Below are positions 63,155 through 64,000 of a stretch of 64,000 bases of DNA, one piece after another. The DNA lies in the NCBI GenBank assembly GCA_964234715.1, contig OZ174283.1; one strand, 5' to 3'. This DNA comes from Podarcis melisellensis (Eukaryota). Numbering within the stretch: position 1 is the stretch's first letter; the number at the start of each line of letters is the position of its first letter. A program made the translations under genes and the position numbers. The notes beneath the pieces were generated by a model. That model ran no database searches. It was not told the origin of the DNA and was given only the letters and a program-made list of their open reading frames with translations.

Positions 63155-64000
63155 ATAAGAGCGAACTGTAGATGATTCACGCTGAATTATGGCTAGGCAT
63201 ATCTTTAAAGAGGAGGGTGATAAAACAGCACGGACAGCGCTTTGCTTTCTGTTCTGTGATCACAGTGACTGCCACTAGCTAGAATGAAGTGGCAGAGCTC
63301 AGTCTGAAATTATTTGCTAGACACATGCATTACATCACTGCTGTGTGCCACAGCTGCTAAATGTGTCATGCAAAATGCAGGGTGACATTAAGAAACCCTC
63401 CTTATTATCATGCATGCTTCATCTTTATTTTTGGTCTTTCTCCCCCTCTTACACAAATCCCCAGAGACCTACGTTTTATTTTATTACGTCTGGTTTCTGT
63501 TGAAATTCACTCGTGCTTCTAGTTATACTGCCTCGTGGGTTTTCTTCCTTAACTGTGAAAGGTTTTTTTATATTTCAGAATTAATGTTTCACATATGCTG
63601 CTTTTTGTAGTGTCGGCAAGTAGCATTTTCTCCATGACTAAATATAATATGCACCCTTATTTTAAATTATAAGCATAGCTGTCAGCTGTTCTCATATCAT
63701 TATGAAGGTTCATTGTTGCTTAAAAAAACAACAACCAGTGTCCTCTGTCCATTGAAACCAGCTGATGCTTTAACAGTCATTAGATAGAATACTTTGTAAA
63801 TTCACATTTTAATATTATACCAAATGCAAAATATGACATGCATTCAAAAGTTGTTACACATGGCTCCCTGCATTCTGTTGTTCATCTGTTGCTAAGCATA
63901 TTGGGGAATTAAGAACATATGTTAAGTAATACCCATTTTCTGTGATTTAACTATATTATACAGCACACGTACTCTCAAATACTACTTTTTATTTATTACT

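Larger units (their letters stand above)
1..64000 (+). other. TENM3: Internal portion of the teneurin-3 gene; it begins upstream and continues downstream of the window
   Basis: 17 exons between 2326 and 62170 splice in matching phases into one frame. The translation closely matches vertebrate teneurin-3 as I recall it (e.g. [47 protein letters not shown]). The first exon starts with an acceptor and the last ends with a donor. Confidence 0.96.

Overview
Vertebrate genomic DNA, most likely a lacertid lizard judging by its Sauria and Squam3-type SINEs (inference). The whole window lies inside one + strand gene, teneurin-3 (TENM3). Fourteen constitutive exons with GT-AG boundaries and consistent phases join into one open frame. 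It runs from the end of the transmembrane segment through the Ig-like linker, eight EGF repeats, the Cys-rich/TTR/FN-plug regions and the start of the NHL beta-propeller. Three in-frame microexons that the ORF track shows only in part or not at all are present: AHYLDKIVK, (A)DKIGYK with a tandem AAG/CAG acceptor, and NKDFRHS. The introns hold CR1, L2, SINE, Tc1/mariner-type and hAT-type elements, microsatellites and one 268-nt N gap. The most unusual structure is a three-layer nested insertion at 15.1-17.0 kb: an old MITE, split by a Penelope-like insert with a 14-bp TSD and inverted arms, split in turn by a TA-flanked mariner-type element. That innermost element carries an array of 60-bp hairpin units whose cores occur in both orientations. 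Also flagged as hypotheses: a candidate truncating last exon after EGF7 and a strong orphan splice acceptor next to a YCAY cluster after the NHL microexon. No tRNA, rRNA or CRISPR array was found.
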